A DNA stretch of 64,000 nucleotides from Octopus vulgaris (Eukaryota): contig OX597838.1 in NCBI GenBank assembly GCA_951406725.2, positions 23,436,001 to 23,500,000 on the forward strand, read 5' to 3'. Under the pieces are notes generated by a model. It saw nothing but the letters and a program-made list of their open reading frames with translations, was not told the DNA's origin and searched no databases. This document shows positions 41,775 through 54,049 of this stretch, in pieces (within the stretch, counting starts at the first letter, position 1; each line of letters opens with the position of its first letter). The position numbers and the translations under genes are program-made.

Positions 41775-42615
41775 TTTGGGGACGATAAAAATGAAATACC
41801 AGTCAAATAGTTCCAACGTTCTATGCTATCGACCTTTTTTATTAAACTAGTACTTTATTTTTCTCGTCCTCGGAGGAAACGGCAAGCAAAGTTGACCTCG
41901 GCGGGGAATTTGAACGCAGAACGTTAAGAACCGGAAAAGGCATTTCTTCCCCCAACGTTCTAACGATTAACACCCTGCCGCCCAAAGCATAAAGCCAACA
42001 ATTTTGTGGAGAGAGGATATTAGTGCGATAAGGTCAGCCCAACTATTTGACTGGTTTTTCATTTTTATCGTCCCCGTAGGAACTGAAGCAAAAGTGGAAC
42101 CGGCAGAATTTGAACTCGTAATGTAAAACAATGAACAAATACTAAAGAATATTTCTTCTCGACACTCTAATATGTCAGTCAACACATCACACTAATGTCA
42201 ATGTTTAATAATAACAACAACAACAATAATTTTTTCTACTATAGGCACAAGGCCTGAAATTTTGAAAGAACATGGTTCGCCCATTAGATCGACTCCAGTG
42301 CTGGTAGTTATCGACCCCGGCAGGATTTGAACTCATTACACGTAAAGACAAATAATAATAATAATGCATTTAAATTTTGGCACAAGGCTAGCTATTTTGA
42401 GACAGGGGTAAGTCAATTATATCGACCCCCCCCCCCCCCAATACTCATCTGGTACTGTTTTTTTTTTTTTTTATCTCGAAAGGATAAAAGGCAGATATTT
42501 GACATTTATGTGACAAATATCGAAGGGTTGCCTAATAATAAAAATTTCAAATTTTGGTACAAGGCCAGCAATTTCAGGGAGGGGTAAATTGACTGCATGA
42601 ACCCTAGTGAATCAC

Positions 42616-43110
42616 TGGTACTTATTTTATCGACCCCGGAAGGACGAAAGGCAAAGTCGACCACGGCGGCATTTGAACTCAGAACATAAAGACAAATAAC
42701 AATAATAACAGCAATTATATATTTCTTTACTACCCACAAGGGGCTAAACACAGAGGGGACAAACAAGGACAAACAAAACGGATTAAGTCGATTATATCGA
42801 CCCCAGTGCGTAACTGGTACTTAATTTATCGACCCCGGAAGGACGAAAGGCAAAGTCGACCTCGGCGGCATTTGAACTCAGAACGTAAAGACAAATAACA
42901 ATAATAACAGCAATTATATATTTCTTTACTACCCACAAGGGGCTAAACACAGAGGGGACAAACAAGGACAAACAAAACGGATTAAGTCGATTATATCGAC
43001 CCCAGTGCGTAACTGGTACTTAATTTATCGACCCCGGAAGGACGAAAGGCAAAGTCGACCTCGGCGGCATTTGAACTCAGAACGTAAAGACAAATAATAA
43101 TGATAACAGT
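42616..43110. repeat. 199-bp tandem repeat (about 2.5 copies) built from SINE family B
   Basis: cgaccccggaaggacg recurs at 42631, 42830 and 43029. Confidence 0.9.
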
Positions 43111-43410
43111 CTTGATTCGTTGTATTGTCAATATGTCGAATGTGTGAGAGAAAGAGGGAGGAAAAAAAAAACTTACGCTGCATGTTTTGGTTTTCATTGA
43201 GTTGACATTAGGTTCATGAAATGTACAACTTTTAGCAAAATCCTGTCTAGCGTGTTATTACGAGGAGAAAATCATTACTGTTAACCCCTTGTGGTAAATA
43301 TAGAGAGAGAACATTATTGTTGCAATTATTATTTTAAGAGGACGGAGCATTTCAATGAAGACTTGGCGGTCGGGGAAAATAATGAAACATTTTCTTTTTC
43401 ACATAAAAAA

Positions 43411-43470
43411 CACGTGTTATGGCCGACCGGAAGTACAGACTTGACTAATCGCTTGCGGAATATTGATTGG
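43411..43470. promoter_or_regulatory. Candidate promoter motif cluster
   Basis: CACGTG (43411), CCGGAAGT ETS-type site (43427) and ATTGG/CCAAT box (43466) within 60 bp of non-repetitive, CpG-retaining DNA. Confidence 0.5.
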
Positions 43471-45681
43471 TTCGTTCATATTTAAATGTCTCTAATGTTC
43501 TATTTGCCACAAGGGCAATCAACGAAGAAATAATACAATAACATGAATAACAGGTGTGTCACGGTTTCTTATATAGACACAACGCCACAATTTTTTTTTC
43601 TATCAGGGGTTAAAAAAATCGAACTGATTAATCGATCAAAACTGGTCACAGTGCTTGACTTGTATCGATCTGTCTTAGTACTTGATCGATATCTGATCTA
43701 ATCAACTCCAGAAGGATGAAAGACAAATTTGACATCGATGAGATTTGAACCCGGAACTAAGGGTCGCAAAGAAATACCGCAAGACGTTATTTCCCGATAT
43801 TATGGCAACTTTGCCAGTATACCACCTGTGACATTTTAAGGCGTGGACGCAGTTGGCAGTTGCCCGGGGCCTCAAGGGCTTAGGGGCCCAATTTTAATAT
43901 ATGTATGTCGTGAGTTGCTGTCAATAAACAAATTTTATAGGGTTCAGTACGGCGAATTGCTCGGGAGCATATAATATGGTTAAGACGGCCCTAGCTACCA
44001 CACCGATAGGGGTGGGGCAAAATGAGTCATTTTACTGTATTTTTTACTAGGGAAGTATTTGATTTTAATAAATATTCACTACCTTACAAAAACTTTATCA
44101 GCTGAGCAAATGACCTTCTCTACATGCCTTAAAATCGCTATAACATATTCAGAACACTATTTCTGAAAATTATCCCAGTTCTCTTTGAGCAAATAATTTA
44201 GCTGGGGCAAAATGAGTAAGACGAAATAAAGTAATTTACTTCTTCAAGTCTCCAGAATTACATTTGAAAAAGGACTCATACACACCAATGTCTATCATTA
44301 GTTATCAGAAATGCAACAAAAATTTAAAATAGGAGTGGCTGTGCGGTAAATAGCTTGCTTACCAACCACATGGTTCCAGGTTCAGTCCCACTGCGTGGCA
44401 CCTAGGCCAACCAAAGCCTTGTGAGTGGATTTGGTAGACGGAAACTGAAAAAAGCCTGGGGGAGGGGGACAGTCGATTAGATTGACCCCAGTATGCAACT
44501 GGTACTTAATTTATCAACCCCGAAAGGATGAAAGGCAAAATCGACCTCGGTAGAATTTGAACTCAGAACATAGTGACAGATGAACCACTAAGCATTTCAC
44601 CTGGCATGCTAACAATTGTTTTCTCCTTTAGGAACAAGGCCTGAAATTTTGGGGGAGGGAAACAGTCGATTAGATTGACTCCAGTACGCAACTGGTACTT
44701 AATTTATCAACCCCGAAAAGCTGAAAGGCAAAGTCAACCTCGGTGGAATTTGAACTTAGGACGTAAAGACAGACGAAATACCACTAAGTATTTTTCCCAG
44801 CGTGCTAACATTTCTGCCACCTCGCCACCTTTCCCAAGTTAATATAATTTATTTTAATAAATTCTTTATCATCTTTAAAATAAACTGAATCAAAGGTAAC
44901 ACACTTCAAACAGAAATATAGCAGCAAACATCATGGAAAACCAGAATAATTTCCAACCTAATAAATCTGAAAGCTCAAAGATTTTCACCTACCATATTTG
45001 ATGGTGTGGAGGCGCAATGGCCCAGTGGTTAGGGCAGCGAACTTGCAGTTTCGATTCCCAGACCGGATGTTGTGTGTGTTTATTGAGCAAAAACACCTAA
45101 AAAAATCCACAAGGCTCTGGCAGGGGGTGGTTGCGACCCCTGGTGTACTCTTTCGCTCTGACTTCCTCTCACTCTTTCTTCCTGTTTCTTGAGTAACACT
45201 GCGATGGAATGGCATCCCGTCCAGCTGGGGAGAACACATACGCCATAGAAACCCGGAAACCAGGCCCATGAGCCTGGCTAGGCTTGATAGGGGCGCATAA
45301 ATAAAATAAATATTTGATGGCCTATAAAATGCACAAGTGCATAGGACACACCCTAGCCTAGGGTATACTTTTGTAAAATAAATTACCACTAAAATGATTC
45401 AATTCCTCCACTTAACTGTATGACTTTATGTTATTATTGGTAATTATAAGCAATTTATTGCATTCACATTTGTTATAAACATACCATAGGCGATTGTTCA
45501 CCAATAGATAGCAGCACACGTTTTGTAAACATACATACTGTTTTGAGCAAGTTTTGAGCCTACATTGAGTGCATTGGACACAGGGGGATTTTTAAAGCCA
45601 TTTTGAGATAAAAAAGGTGTGTCTTACAGGCCATCAAATATGGTTTTTCTAGAGGAAATTCAATTGTGTCAATTATCCACC

Positions 45682-45868
45682 TCTTAGATAACATGTGAAG
45701 ACTGTTCTTAACCTCTCTTTCCAGACTATTAGACTCATTAAAAAAGATAATTGGTGCAATTGTTTTCTGTTTTCTTAGATAACATGTGAAGACTGTGTTC
45801 TTAGCCTCTCTTTCCAGACTATTTGACTCATTAAAAAAAGATAATTGGTGCAATTGTTTTCTGTTTTC
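45682..45868. repeat. About 91-bp tandem duplication
   Basis: tcttagataacatgtgaagactg at 45682 and 45773. Confidence 0.85.
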
Positions 45869-45891
45869 CTGCTAAATCTCTTACAATTGTT

Positions 45892-46055
45892 AGGCACAGG
45901 AGTGGCTGTGCAGCAAGAAGCTTGCTTCCCAACCACATGATTCCGGGTTCAGTCCCACTGCATGGCACCTTGGGCAAATGTCTTCTACAATAACCTCAGG
46001 CTGACCAAAGCCTTGCGAGTGGATTTGGCAGACAGAAACTGAAAGAAACCCATTG

Positions 46056-46092
<37 letters not shown>

Positions 46093-46261
46093 CTACGTTT
46101 GTCCCCACCCTTCACCATTTGACAACTGGTGTTAGTGTATTTACATCCCTGTAACTTAACAGTTCAACAACAGAGACTGATAGAATAAGAACCAAGTTTT
46201 AAAAAGTAAGTACTGAGGTTGATTCATTTGACTAAAAATTCAGGGCAGTGCCCCAGCATGG
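45892..46261 (+). mobile_element. SINE family A copy (older subfamily)
   Basis: Diverged match. Confidence 0.8.
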
Positions 46262-46938
46262 TTAACCCTTTTGATACCAATGCACCCAAGCCCCACCTGC
46301 ATCTATGATACAAACTTTCTATATAAAGTGATCTAAATTAAAATTTCCCTTAAAATTCCTTTTTAATATTTTCCAATTATCAGCTTAGTAATCATCATCA
46401 TCGTTTAACATCCGCTTTCCATGCTAGCATGGGTTGGACGATTTGACTGAGGTCTGGCGAACCAGATGGCTGCACCAAACTCCAATCTGATCTGGTAGAG
46501 TTTCTACATCTGGATGCCCTTCCTAACGCCAACCACTCCGAGAGTGTAGTGGGTACTTTTACATGCCACCAGTACGAGGGCCTGTCAGGCGGTGCAGGCA
46601 GTGACCACGCTCAAATGGTGCTTTTTATGTGCCACCTGCACAGGAGCCAGTCCAGTGGCACTGGCAACGACTTCGCTCGAATGAATTTTTCACGTGCCAC
46701 CAGTACAAGAGCCAGTAAGGTGACGCAGATAACAATCATGTTCAAATGGTGCTTGATTGTTACCTAGATATTTTACCAAATATTTTACCAAATTCTTCAA
46801 AATTAATTGGAACAAAGGCTGTGAAGTTTGATAAAAATATGGTAACGAAAGGGTTAATTAAACCATTTGTTGTTTCATTTTGCTTCTTTTCCTCAACACA
46901 TGTTTTCTAAGACTATCTTTCCAATGTGATTCTGATTA

Positions 46939-46952
46939 CAGCGGTACATATT

Positions 46953-46985
<33 letters not shown>

Positions 46986-47036
46986 GGCCCCCTGCGCAAG
47001 GATGACGCGCAAATTTGTCAAGTGTTCTATATTTTT
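46939..47036 (+). pseudogene. U6: U6 snRNA retropseudogene (slightly 5'-truncated, diverged)
   Basis: ctaaaattggaacgatacagagaagattagcatggcccc(c)tgcgcaaggatgac.cgcaaatt.gt.aag.gttc.atattttt matches U6, including the ACAGAGA box and U-tail. Carries substitutions, lacks an intact 5' stem and is fused to a LINE tail. Confidence 0.93.
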
Positions 47037-47394
47037 ATCGTTACCAGCATCGCCTGACTGGCCCCCGTGCCAGCGGCACATAAAAGCACCCACTACACTC
47101 TTGAAGTGGTTGGCATTAGGAGGGCATCCAGCTGTAGAAACTCTGCCAGATCGAGATTGGAGCCTGGTGCAGCCATCTGGCTCACAAGTCCCCAGTCAAA
47201 CCGTCCAATCCATACCAGCATGGAAAGCAGACATTAAACAATGATGATGATGATGATGAAAACATTTGCAATGTCTGTGACTATATCTATAACCAAATTC
47301 AGTCTCTGAGTTTCTATTCATTTTATGATTAATAATCAAGAATTTGATTGCATTTAGTAAAATAACTAACTTTTGTACAAGATGGTGTTTAGAA

Positions 47395-48010
47395 CATCAT
47401 CATCATCATCATCATCGTTTAACGTCCGCTTTCCCTGCTAGCATGGGTTGGACGAATGACTGAGGGATGGTAAACCAGATGGCTGCACCAGGCTTCAATC
47501 TTGATCTGGCAGAGTTTCTACAGCTGGATGCTCTTCCTAACGCCAACCACGCTGAGAGTGTAGTGGTTGCTTTTACGTGCCACCGGCACAGAGCCAGTCA
47601 GGCAGTTACTGGCAATGACCTCACTCGAATCTTTTACACATGCCATCGGCACAAGTGCCAATAAGGTGATGCTGGTAACAATCACGCTAGAATGGTGTCT
47701 TTTACGTGCCACCGGCACACAGGCCAGATAGCCACTCTGGCAACGATCACGCTCGGATGGTGCTTTTAATACTCTACTAGCACAGGACTCGAGTACCAGT
47801 AAGGCGATGCTGGTAACGATCACGCTTGAATGGTGCCTGTCAAGTGCCACTGGCACTGAAGCCAATTAGCCGCTCTGTTAATGATCACACTCGTATGGTG
47901 CTCTTCGGACCCTGCTAGCACGGACGCCAGTCATCGAATTTGATTTTGATTTTGATTTCACTTGCCTCAACAGGTCTTCGCAAGCAGACTTTTAGTGTCC
48001 AAAGAAGGAA
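47395..48010 (-). mobile_element. 3'UTR fragment of the RTE LINE family with about 6 internal modules
   Basis: Reverse match to the 55550-56086 region. Confidence 0.85.
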
Positions 48011-48436
48011 AACATAACTTGACAAGAAAAAAAGGTCTTGTATAAAAATTTTATTGGTCTTCTAAATATGATTGCTTTAAAGAAATATTGTCAAAAGAGT
48101 CTGTATCAAAAGAGTTAATTAAGTCAGTTTTACATCATCTCAAACATTAGCCACCCTAACCACAGGTTGCCAGTAAACAGATGTTGCAGGCTCAACTAGA
48201 TGTGCATGTAGAAACTCACAAACAGTTCCTGTTTGCTCCTCTTTTCTCTCTCTCTCTCACCTATCTTAATTATCCAGGTAATGTAGTTTTTGTCTTACCA
48301 TTTCATTTTGTTCTTCTTCATGTACAAGTACATGTGTATTCATCATTATTTTATTTAATTTTAGAAAAAGTGAAGCATGTCTTTGATAATTCCGGAGTAT
48401 ATTGAATTTATATTTTGTGCATGACTTTTGGCCCAT

Positions 48437-48481
<45 letters not shown>

Positions 48482-48499
48482 CTTCTTGGAGTGATGGAC

Positions 48500-48990
48500 T
48501 TTTTTAGGCAGAATCCTCATTCTGCTTCTTATTAGCGAATGATCTGCGTCACAATCTGCACTGTGGTAACAACTGGTCAGTTGAACAGAATTCAGAAAGG
48601 ATCTTCATGTAATGATGAGATCCAACTGATGTCAGTGGTGAGATCTTGGATGTCTCCAAGATGCCTTGTGGGATGGCTTGTTGGCAAAGAATGTGTTGGT
48701 GATGCACAGGTTATGGTATGTGCAAAATTCAAGTAGTCTCTGACCATTGTCATTCATATTGCCAGTACCAAAGTGTCCAACACAAATGGGCCACGAATCA
48801 TGGTCAGATTCCACGCGAGTGTTAAAATCTCCTAGAAGGTAGATGTTTTCATTGGTTGGTATATTTCTAATGACACAGTTGAGATCTTTGTAGAACTGGT
48901 CCTTGGTCTCCTCTGAGCTGTAGACAGTGGGAGCATAGATGCTCAGTAGATGTATTGAGCCAGAAGAGGTCGAGAAGCGCAGTGAGAGGA
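48500..48990 (-). mobile_element. Degenerate LINE AP-endonuclease fragment
   Basis: SIYAPT...KDQFY, LLGDFN, G..NDNGQRLLEFC...NLCITNTFF...HK.SWRHPRS...HQLD motifs with in-frame stops. Confidence 0.88.
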
Positions 48991-49173
48991 TACTATGACA
49001 TTACAACCAGCCAGGCAAAGTCTTCGCTACATTTGCAGCACCTGCCAGAGGGAGTGTTTGTCCAGGATAGGACTCCACAGCCACAGCAGGAGATGTATTA
49101 GGACATGAAATGTAAAAGCCAGACTAGATTATTTTATGCGCAACTCCATTGTCTCCCGAGACAAAAAGGATGC

Positions 49174-49218
<45 letters not shown>

Positions 49219-49222
49219 TATT

Positions 49223-49307
49223 TTGGGTGGATGCATAATTAATGATGGTTTTTTTAATTCTAAATTTATTCAAAAATAAAACAGTTGTCAATTATGCATC
49301 AACCCAA
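49223..49307. mobile_element. Tiny mariner-type MITE (about 85 bp)
   Basis: ttgggtggatgcataatt ... aattatgcatcaacccaa inverted ends. Confidence 0.72.
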
Positions 49308-49626
49308 TGTGTATGTCTGTGTGTGTGCGCGCGTGTGTATGTTTTCTGAGTTCAAAATACATATATGGTGTCAACTATGCTTTTAATCCTTCTGTGGGGG
49401 TTGATTTCATTAATTATGTAGTTTCCACCAAAATTTTGTCACCTTGTGTCAGTAATCCTTGCTGTTTTTAGTTTTGTCCTCAATTGTAGACGAACAAAAT
49501 ATTGAAGTACCATGTCTTTGGTAAGATTCAAAACCCATTACTCACAGCCAACACAAATGTCTATTAGTAAATTTCAAAAATGGTTTACCTCGGATCTTCC
49601 AATTGTAAATCTCCAAGCTTGGGATT

Positions 49627-50682
49627 TTAACCAGTATGAATTCGTTTATGTCTAGATAAATTATTATTTCTGGCAAACATTTTGCCACAAATTTCACAGC
49701 GAAATGGTTTCTCTCCAGTATGGATAAACATGTGACTGGACAAATGGCATTTGACAGAGAAATTTTTGCCACAAATTTCACATTGATATGGTTTCTCTCC
49801 CGTGTGAATTCGTATATGATTCAGCAAATGGCTATTCACTGAGAAGTTTTTACCACAAATTTCACAGTGGTATGGTTTTTCCCCGGTGTGAATACGAATG
49901 TGACTCTCCAAGTGATTACGGACAGAAAATGTCTTACCGCAAATCTGGCATTTATACGGTTTTTCTCCCGTGTGGATGCGTCTATGTTGAAACAGGGTGG
50001 TGTTCCGCGAGAAGGATTTACCACAAATTTCGCAACGATATGGTCTCTTCCCTGTGTGGATCCATTTATGTCGATACAAATGACTATTCACCGAGAAGGC
50101 TTTACCGCAAACTTCGCAGCTGTATGGCTTTTCCCCTGTGTGAACTCGCTTGTGGTCAGCCAATGTACTATTGCGAGAGAAAGTTTTATCGCAAATATCG
50201 CAAGCATACGGCCTCTCTCCTGTGTGCACGCGTCGATGAGTCAATAAATGACTGTTCTGAGAGAAACGTCTGTCACATATTTCACAATGGTAAGGCCTCA
50301 CTCCTGTATGAGTCCGTTTGTGACTTGCCAAATGACTGCTCAATGCGAAAGATTCCCCACAATATTCACATTGGTGTGGTTTTTCACCCGAATGTATTCG
50401 CTTGTGACGATACAAGCCACTGCTTACCGAGTAAGTTTTCCCACACAAGTCACAGTGATATGGTTTTTCATCAGAGTGGATTTCTCTGTGGTGTTCCAAG
50501 TTGGTGTTTTGAGAGAAAGTTTCACCACAAATGTCCCACTGATGTTGTGTGTTAACTTTGGCAGATGTCTTCTCTTTAACTGATGCATTATTTTGAGAAA
50601 ATGATTTGTTGCAAATCTCACAATCTGAGTTTTTCTCGTCTGTATGTACACACTGTGGGATAGATGACTTAAAACACTCCAT
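49627..50682 (-). CDS. Poly-C2H2 zinc-finger protein (351 aa, 10 intact + 2 degenerate N-terminal fingers)
   Basis: Intact ORF with HTGEKPY.C..C linkers; candidate upstream acceptor (tttttctttacag) at 51259. Confidence 0.92.
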   Translation of the reverse strand: MECFKSSIPQCVHTDEKNSDCEICNKSFSQNNASVKEKTSAKVNTQHQWDICGETFSQNTNLEHHREIHSDEKPYHCDLCGKTYSVSSGLYRHKRIHSGEKPHQCEYCGESFALSSHLASHKRTHTGVRPYHCEICDRRFSQNSHLLTHRRVHTGERPYACDICDKTFSRNSTLADHKRVHTGEKPYSCEVCGKAFSVNSHLYRHKWIHTGKRPYRCEICGKSFSRNTTLFQHRRIHTGEKPYKCQICGKTFSVRNHLESHIRIHTGEKPYHCEICGKNFSVNSHLLNHIRIHTGEKPYQCEICGKNFSVKCHLSSHMFIHTGEKPFRCEICGKMFARNNNLSRHKRIHTG

Positions 50683-50858
50683 AGCGTTTACAAAACAGTC
50701 ACTTGTAGAATATTTAGGAAAAAAGTAAAATGTTTAATAACATGTCACTAGATATGAAGCCTTGTATGCATGTATGTATGTGTATATATATACTGCGTGT
50801 GTGTTGTTGGCGATTTTCTTTCTCCGTCTTCCCTTCCTTGGATCTTTCCTTTTTCTAT

Positions 50859-50893
50859 GTTTCTGACGAAGAGCTCCGCTCGAAATGTTAAAT
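50859..50893 (+). ncRNA. Minimal type I hammerhead ribozyme-like motif (Penelope-like LTR relic)
   Basis: gttt CTGACGA a GAGC tcc GCTC GAAA tg TTA aat. Confidence 0.6.
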
Positions 50894-51533
50894 CCTCCTT
50901 CTTTCTTTCCTCTAGTCCATTCAGCTGGTAAAAATGAGTATTCCTGCAACAAACTGGTGTCCCATTCAGTGGGGGAATATAAGAACCAAAGAAATGAAGA
51001 AACTGGCCCTAGGAATCTCTATAACTCAGAAAAGAGCTTTATCTTTCTTTTACAAGAGATAATGTTTCCAAAAGTGACAAATCAATACTATAATTCACTA
51101 AGGAATTCTCACCATGCAACTAAGACGAAAGTCTTAAAAAAAGTGTTTTTATTGTTTGCCAAATGCATTCCAATATGTCTTCATTAGAATTACATTTTCT
51201 TTTTCACTGCTGGTTTTCAACACAGTCATAGAATTTTTCATCTTGAGGAAAAGGTTTCCTGTAAAGAAAAAAAATGTAAATTTGTAGTTTTAACTCTTTA
51301 GCATTCGGATTAATTTATCATACGCAATGCTTATTCATCCACATTTTTTTAAAAACTGATCATGTATTACCTCAGATTTTGAAGATGTGATCATTTATTT
51401 TTAGAATGACATTGTAGGGGAAGTGAGAGAGGCTGGATCTAGCCAGTTTGAACATAAAACATAAAACAGGTAGAACATTTGGGCCCAGATATAGCTGATT
51501 TAAAAGCTAAAGGGTTAAATTGTGGTCAAGGTA

Positions 51534-51585
<52 letters not shown>

Positions 51586-52507
51586 ATATAAAACTGAGGA
51601 TGTGTGTAAACTCACAGAACTCCTGAAGTTCACAACTGATTTTCTCCAAACTGGGAACATAATTTACTTATGTTCCAGAGATGGTTTTAGACTCTTGAAA
51701 TATTTCACATAAGTAAGGAGGCTCTTGGGGGCAGAAAACTCCCTTTCCTGGGGTACATACAGCTGTCCGTATGGTCCACACATTGCTTCTGTTCAAACTG
51801 GAAAAACAGCTACTGAAATTCTACAAGTAGGTTGTATTAAATGGATGAACCAATGGAGACTTCAAACTGCATTGTCTAAGTGGTAGCAATAATAGCCTGT
51901 TGCCATAGTAACATAGGTAGCAATTTGTTTGAATAAAACCCATTTGGAACGCACTATGTTTATTATGAAAAATATGCTAAGATATGTTGAATCCTGTGCA
52001 ACTATTTTCTTTTAGCTTCAGTATCAAAGTCTTCCTTCTAAGCATAGACAAAACCCATACAAATATTCTCCAGCTATTGATTATAAAACCGAAATATCGC
52101 ATGAACATTAACCCTTTTGATACCAACCCGGCTGAAACTGCTTCTGGCTCTGAGTACAAATGTCTTGTTTTCATAAGTTTTGAATTAAAATCTTCCACCA
52201 TACCTTAGTCACACTTTATGTTCCTAACACCAGCTTAATGATAAAGTTATTTTACAAAATTCTTTGTTATATCTAAAATAATTGAGAGAAACACAGAGCA
52301 TCCCAAAATAAATACAGTATCGAAAGGGTTAACCTACTAATTTATGGTGTCTAAGACCCAATCACATTAGTTAGAGACCATGTCCTTAATGTGGCCTTGC
52401 ATGCAAAGTTGTTTCTGTTCGGGAGCTGAGTTGTTTTCACTGGTCGCACGCTGTTTACACGAAGGAGTGCATATTTGAGCCACGACTATTGATTCCCAAC
52501 CGAAATA

Positions 52508-52735
52508 CGTATTTCTTTATTACCCACAAGGGCCAAACACAGAGGGAACAAACAAGGACAGACAAACGGATTAAGTCGATTACATCGGCCCCAGTGCGTA
52601 ACTGGTACTTAATTTAACAACCCTCAAAGGATGAAAGACAAAGTCGACCTCGGTGGAATTTGAACTCAGAATGTAGCGGCAGACGAAATACCGCTAAGCA
52701 TTTCACCCGGCGTGCTAACGATTCTGCCAGCTTCG
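52508..52735 (-). mobile_element. SINE family B copy
   Basis: Full-length reverse match. Confidence 0.85.
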
Positions 52736-53125
52736 CATGACAGTGTTGTTTTCAAGTGCTTCCTTGCCAATCCATCCTACTTACCACGTCATTCCTTTCA
52801 TGCAGATTTCTCTCATGCCCACAGGCTTAATTCATAACATAGATGTAGCTCCTATGTCTGCTGATTGTTCAGTATGGTAGCGGCAGTGCCAACAGCTACA
52901 AAGGAGAGTATATCCACTGAGAGCTTTTTGGTGCGTTCAAAAATCACATACCCCCCACCACCCCACCTTTCCATGGTAAGGTAGGGCCTGGAATATTTCA
53001 AACAGATGCATGACATGTCCCTTAGTTGAATTAGCCCTTTATTTACTCCACAAATGTTTTGTCGTCAATGCTGCACTTCTCTGCATCATGTTTCAAGTTA
53101 ACCGTACGGTATATACAAACTATAA

Positions 53126-53515
53126 TAGGCACAGGAGTGGCTGTGTGGTAAGTAGCTTGTTTATCAACCACATGGTTCCAGGTTCAGTCTCACTGCGTGG
53201 CACCTTGGGCAAGTGTCTTCTACTATAGCCTCGGGCCAACCAAAGCCTTGTGAGTGGATTTGGTAGACAGAAACTGAAAGAAGCCCATCGTATATATGTA
53301 TATATATGTGTGTGTGTGTTTGTGTTTGTCCCCCTAGCATTGCTTGACAACCGATGCTGGTGTGTTTATGTCCCCGTTACTTAGCGGTTCGGCAAAAGAG
53401 ACCAATAGAATAAGTACTGGGCTTACAAAAGAATAAGTCCCGGGGTCGAGTTGCTCGATTAAAGGCGGTGCTCCAGCATGGCCGCAGTCAAATGACTGAA
53501 ACAAGTAAAAAAAGA
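53126..53515 (+). mobile_element. SINE family A copy
   Basis: Full-length match. Confidence 0.88.
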
Positions 53516-54049
53516 GAGAGAGATACCATTTAAATCCCGTGTGTGTGTAAAAGAAGTTTTTCATGCACAGTTTGTGTTAGACCATGCCTTTCTTTTGCTG
53601 GGCTCAAATCTCATTTGTAAACACATGATTGGTTATATAAAGGCTGGCTGCCACTCCTTTTTCTACTCAACAAATTAAATAAATTGTTTTGCATTTTTCT
53701 TACTCCTATTATTGTGGAGTTGGAAGCCCACTCTTAATTTATTGAGTAGAAAACAGGTGTGGTAGCCAGCCATTTTAAAAAGCAATCTAAATTCCAATAA
53801 GGGGAATAGTAGTATGACCTAGTTCCTCATACTACAACTTGTCATTGTCCACTGTGGTCACAGCTATTTTTAGAAAAGAATCCAAAAAAACACACATGGT
53901 CACATACACAAACACACAAACGAATGCTGCTATTTCAGTTGGTAAGCAACTCTCCATCCATTAGGATGCAGATGAATATTTGTCAATTTTTTACCCTGAA
54001 GAGATTTTTACCTTTTAAATGCATCATGCAGTATTAATTGCAAAATATG

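Noticed and set aside
46939-47036. Functional U6 snRNA gene
   Set aside because: The 5' stem is missing, there are several substitutions and an insertion, no clear PSE/TATA upstream, and it is fused to a LINE tail.
47570-47920. Repeat-spacer pattern resembling a CRISPR array
   Set aside because: Eukaryotic LINE 3'UTR, variable parts only about 10 nt, degenerate repeats and no cas genes; reported instead as a structured RNA array.
49788-50583. Long + strand ORFs (255, 126 and 111 aa) opposite the ZNF; similar ones at 32630-33191
   Set aside because: Antisense and alternate frames of poly-C2H2 arrays are commonly open; no independent domain signal.
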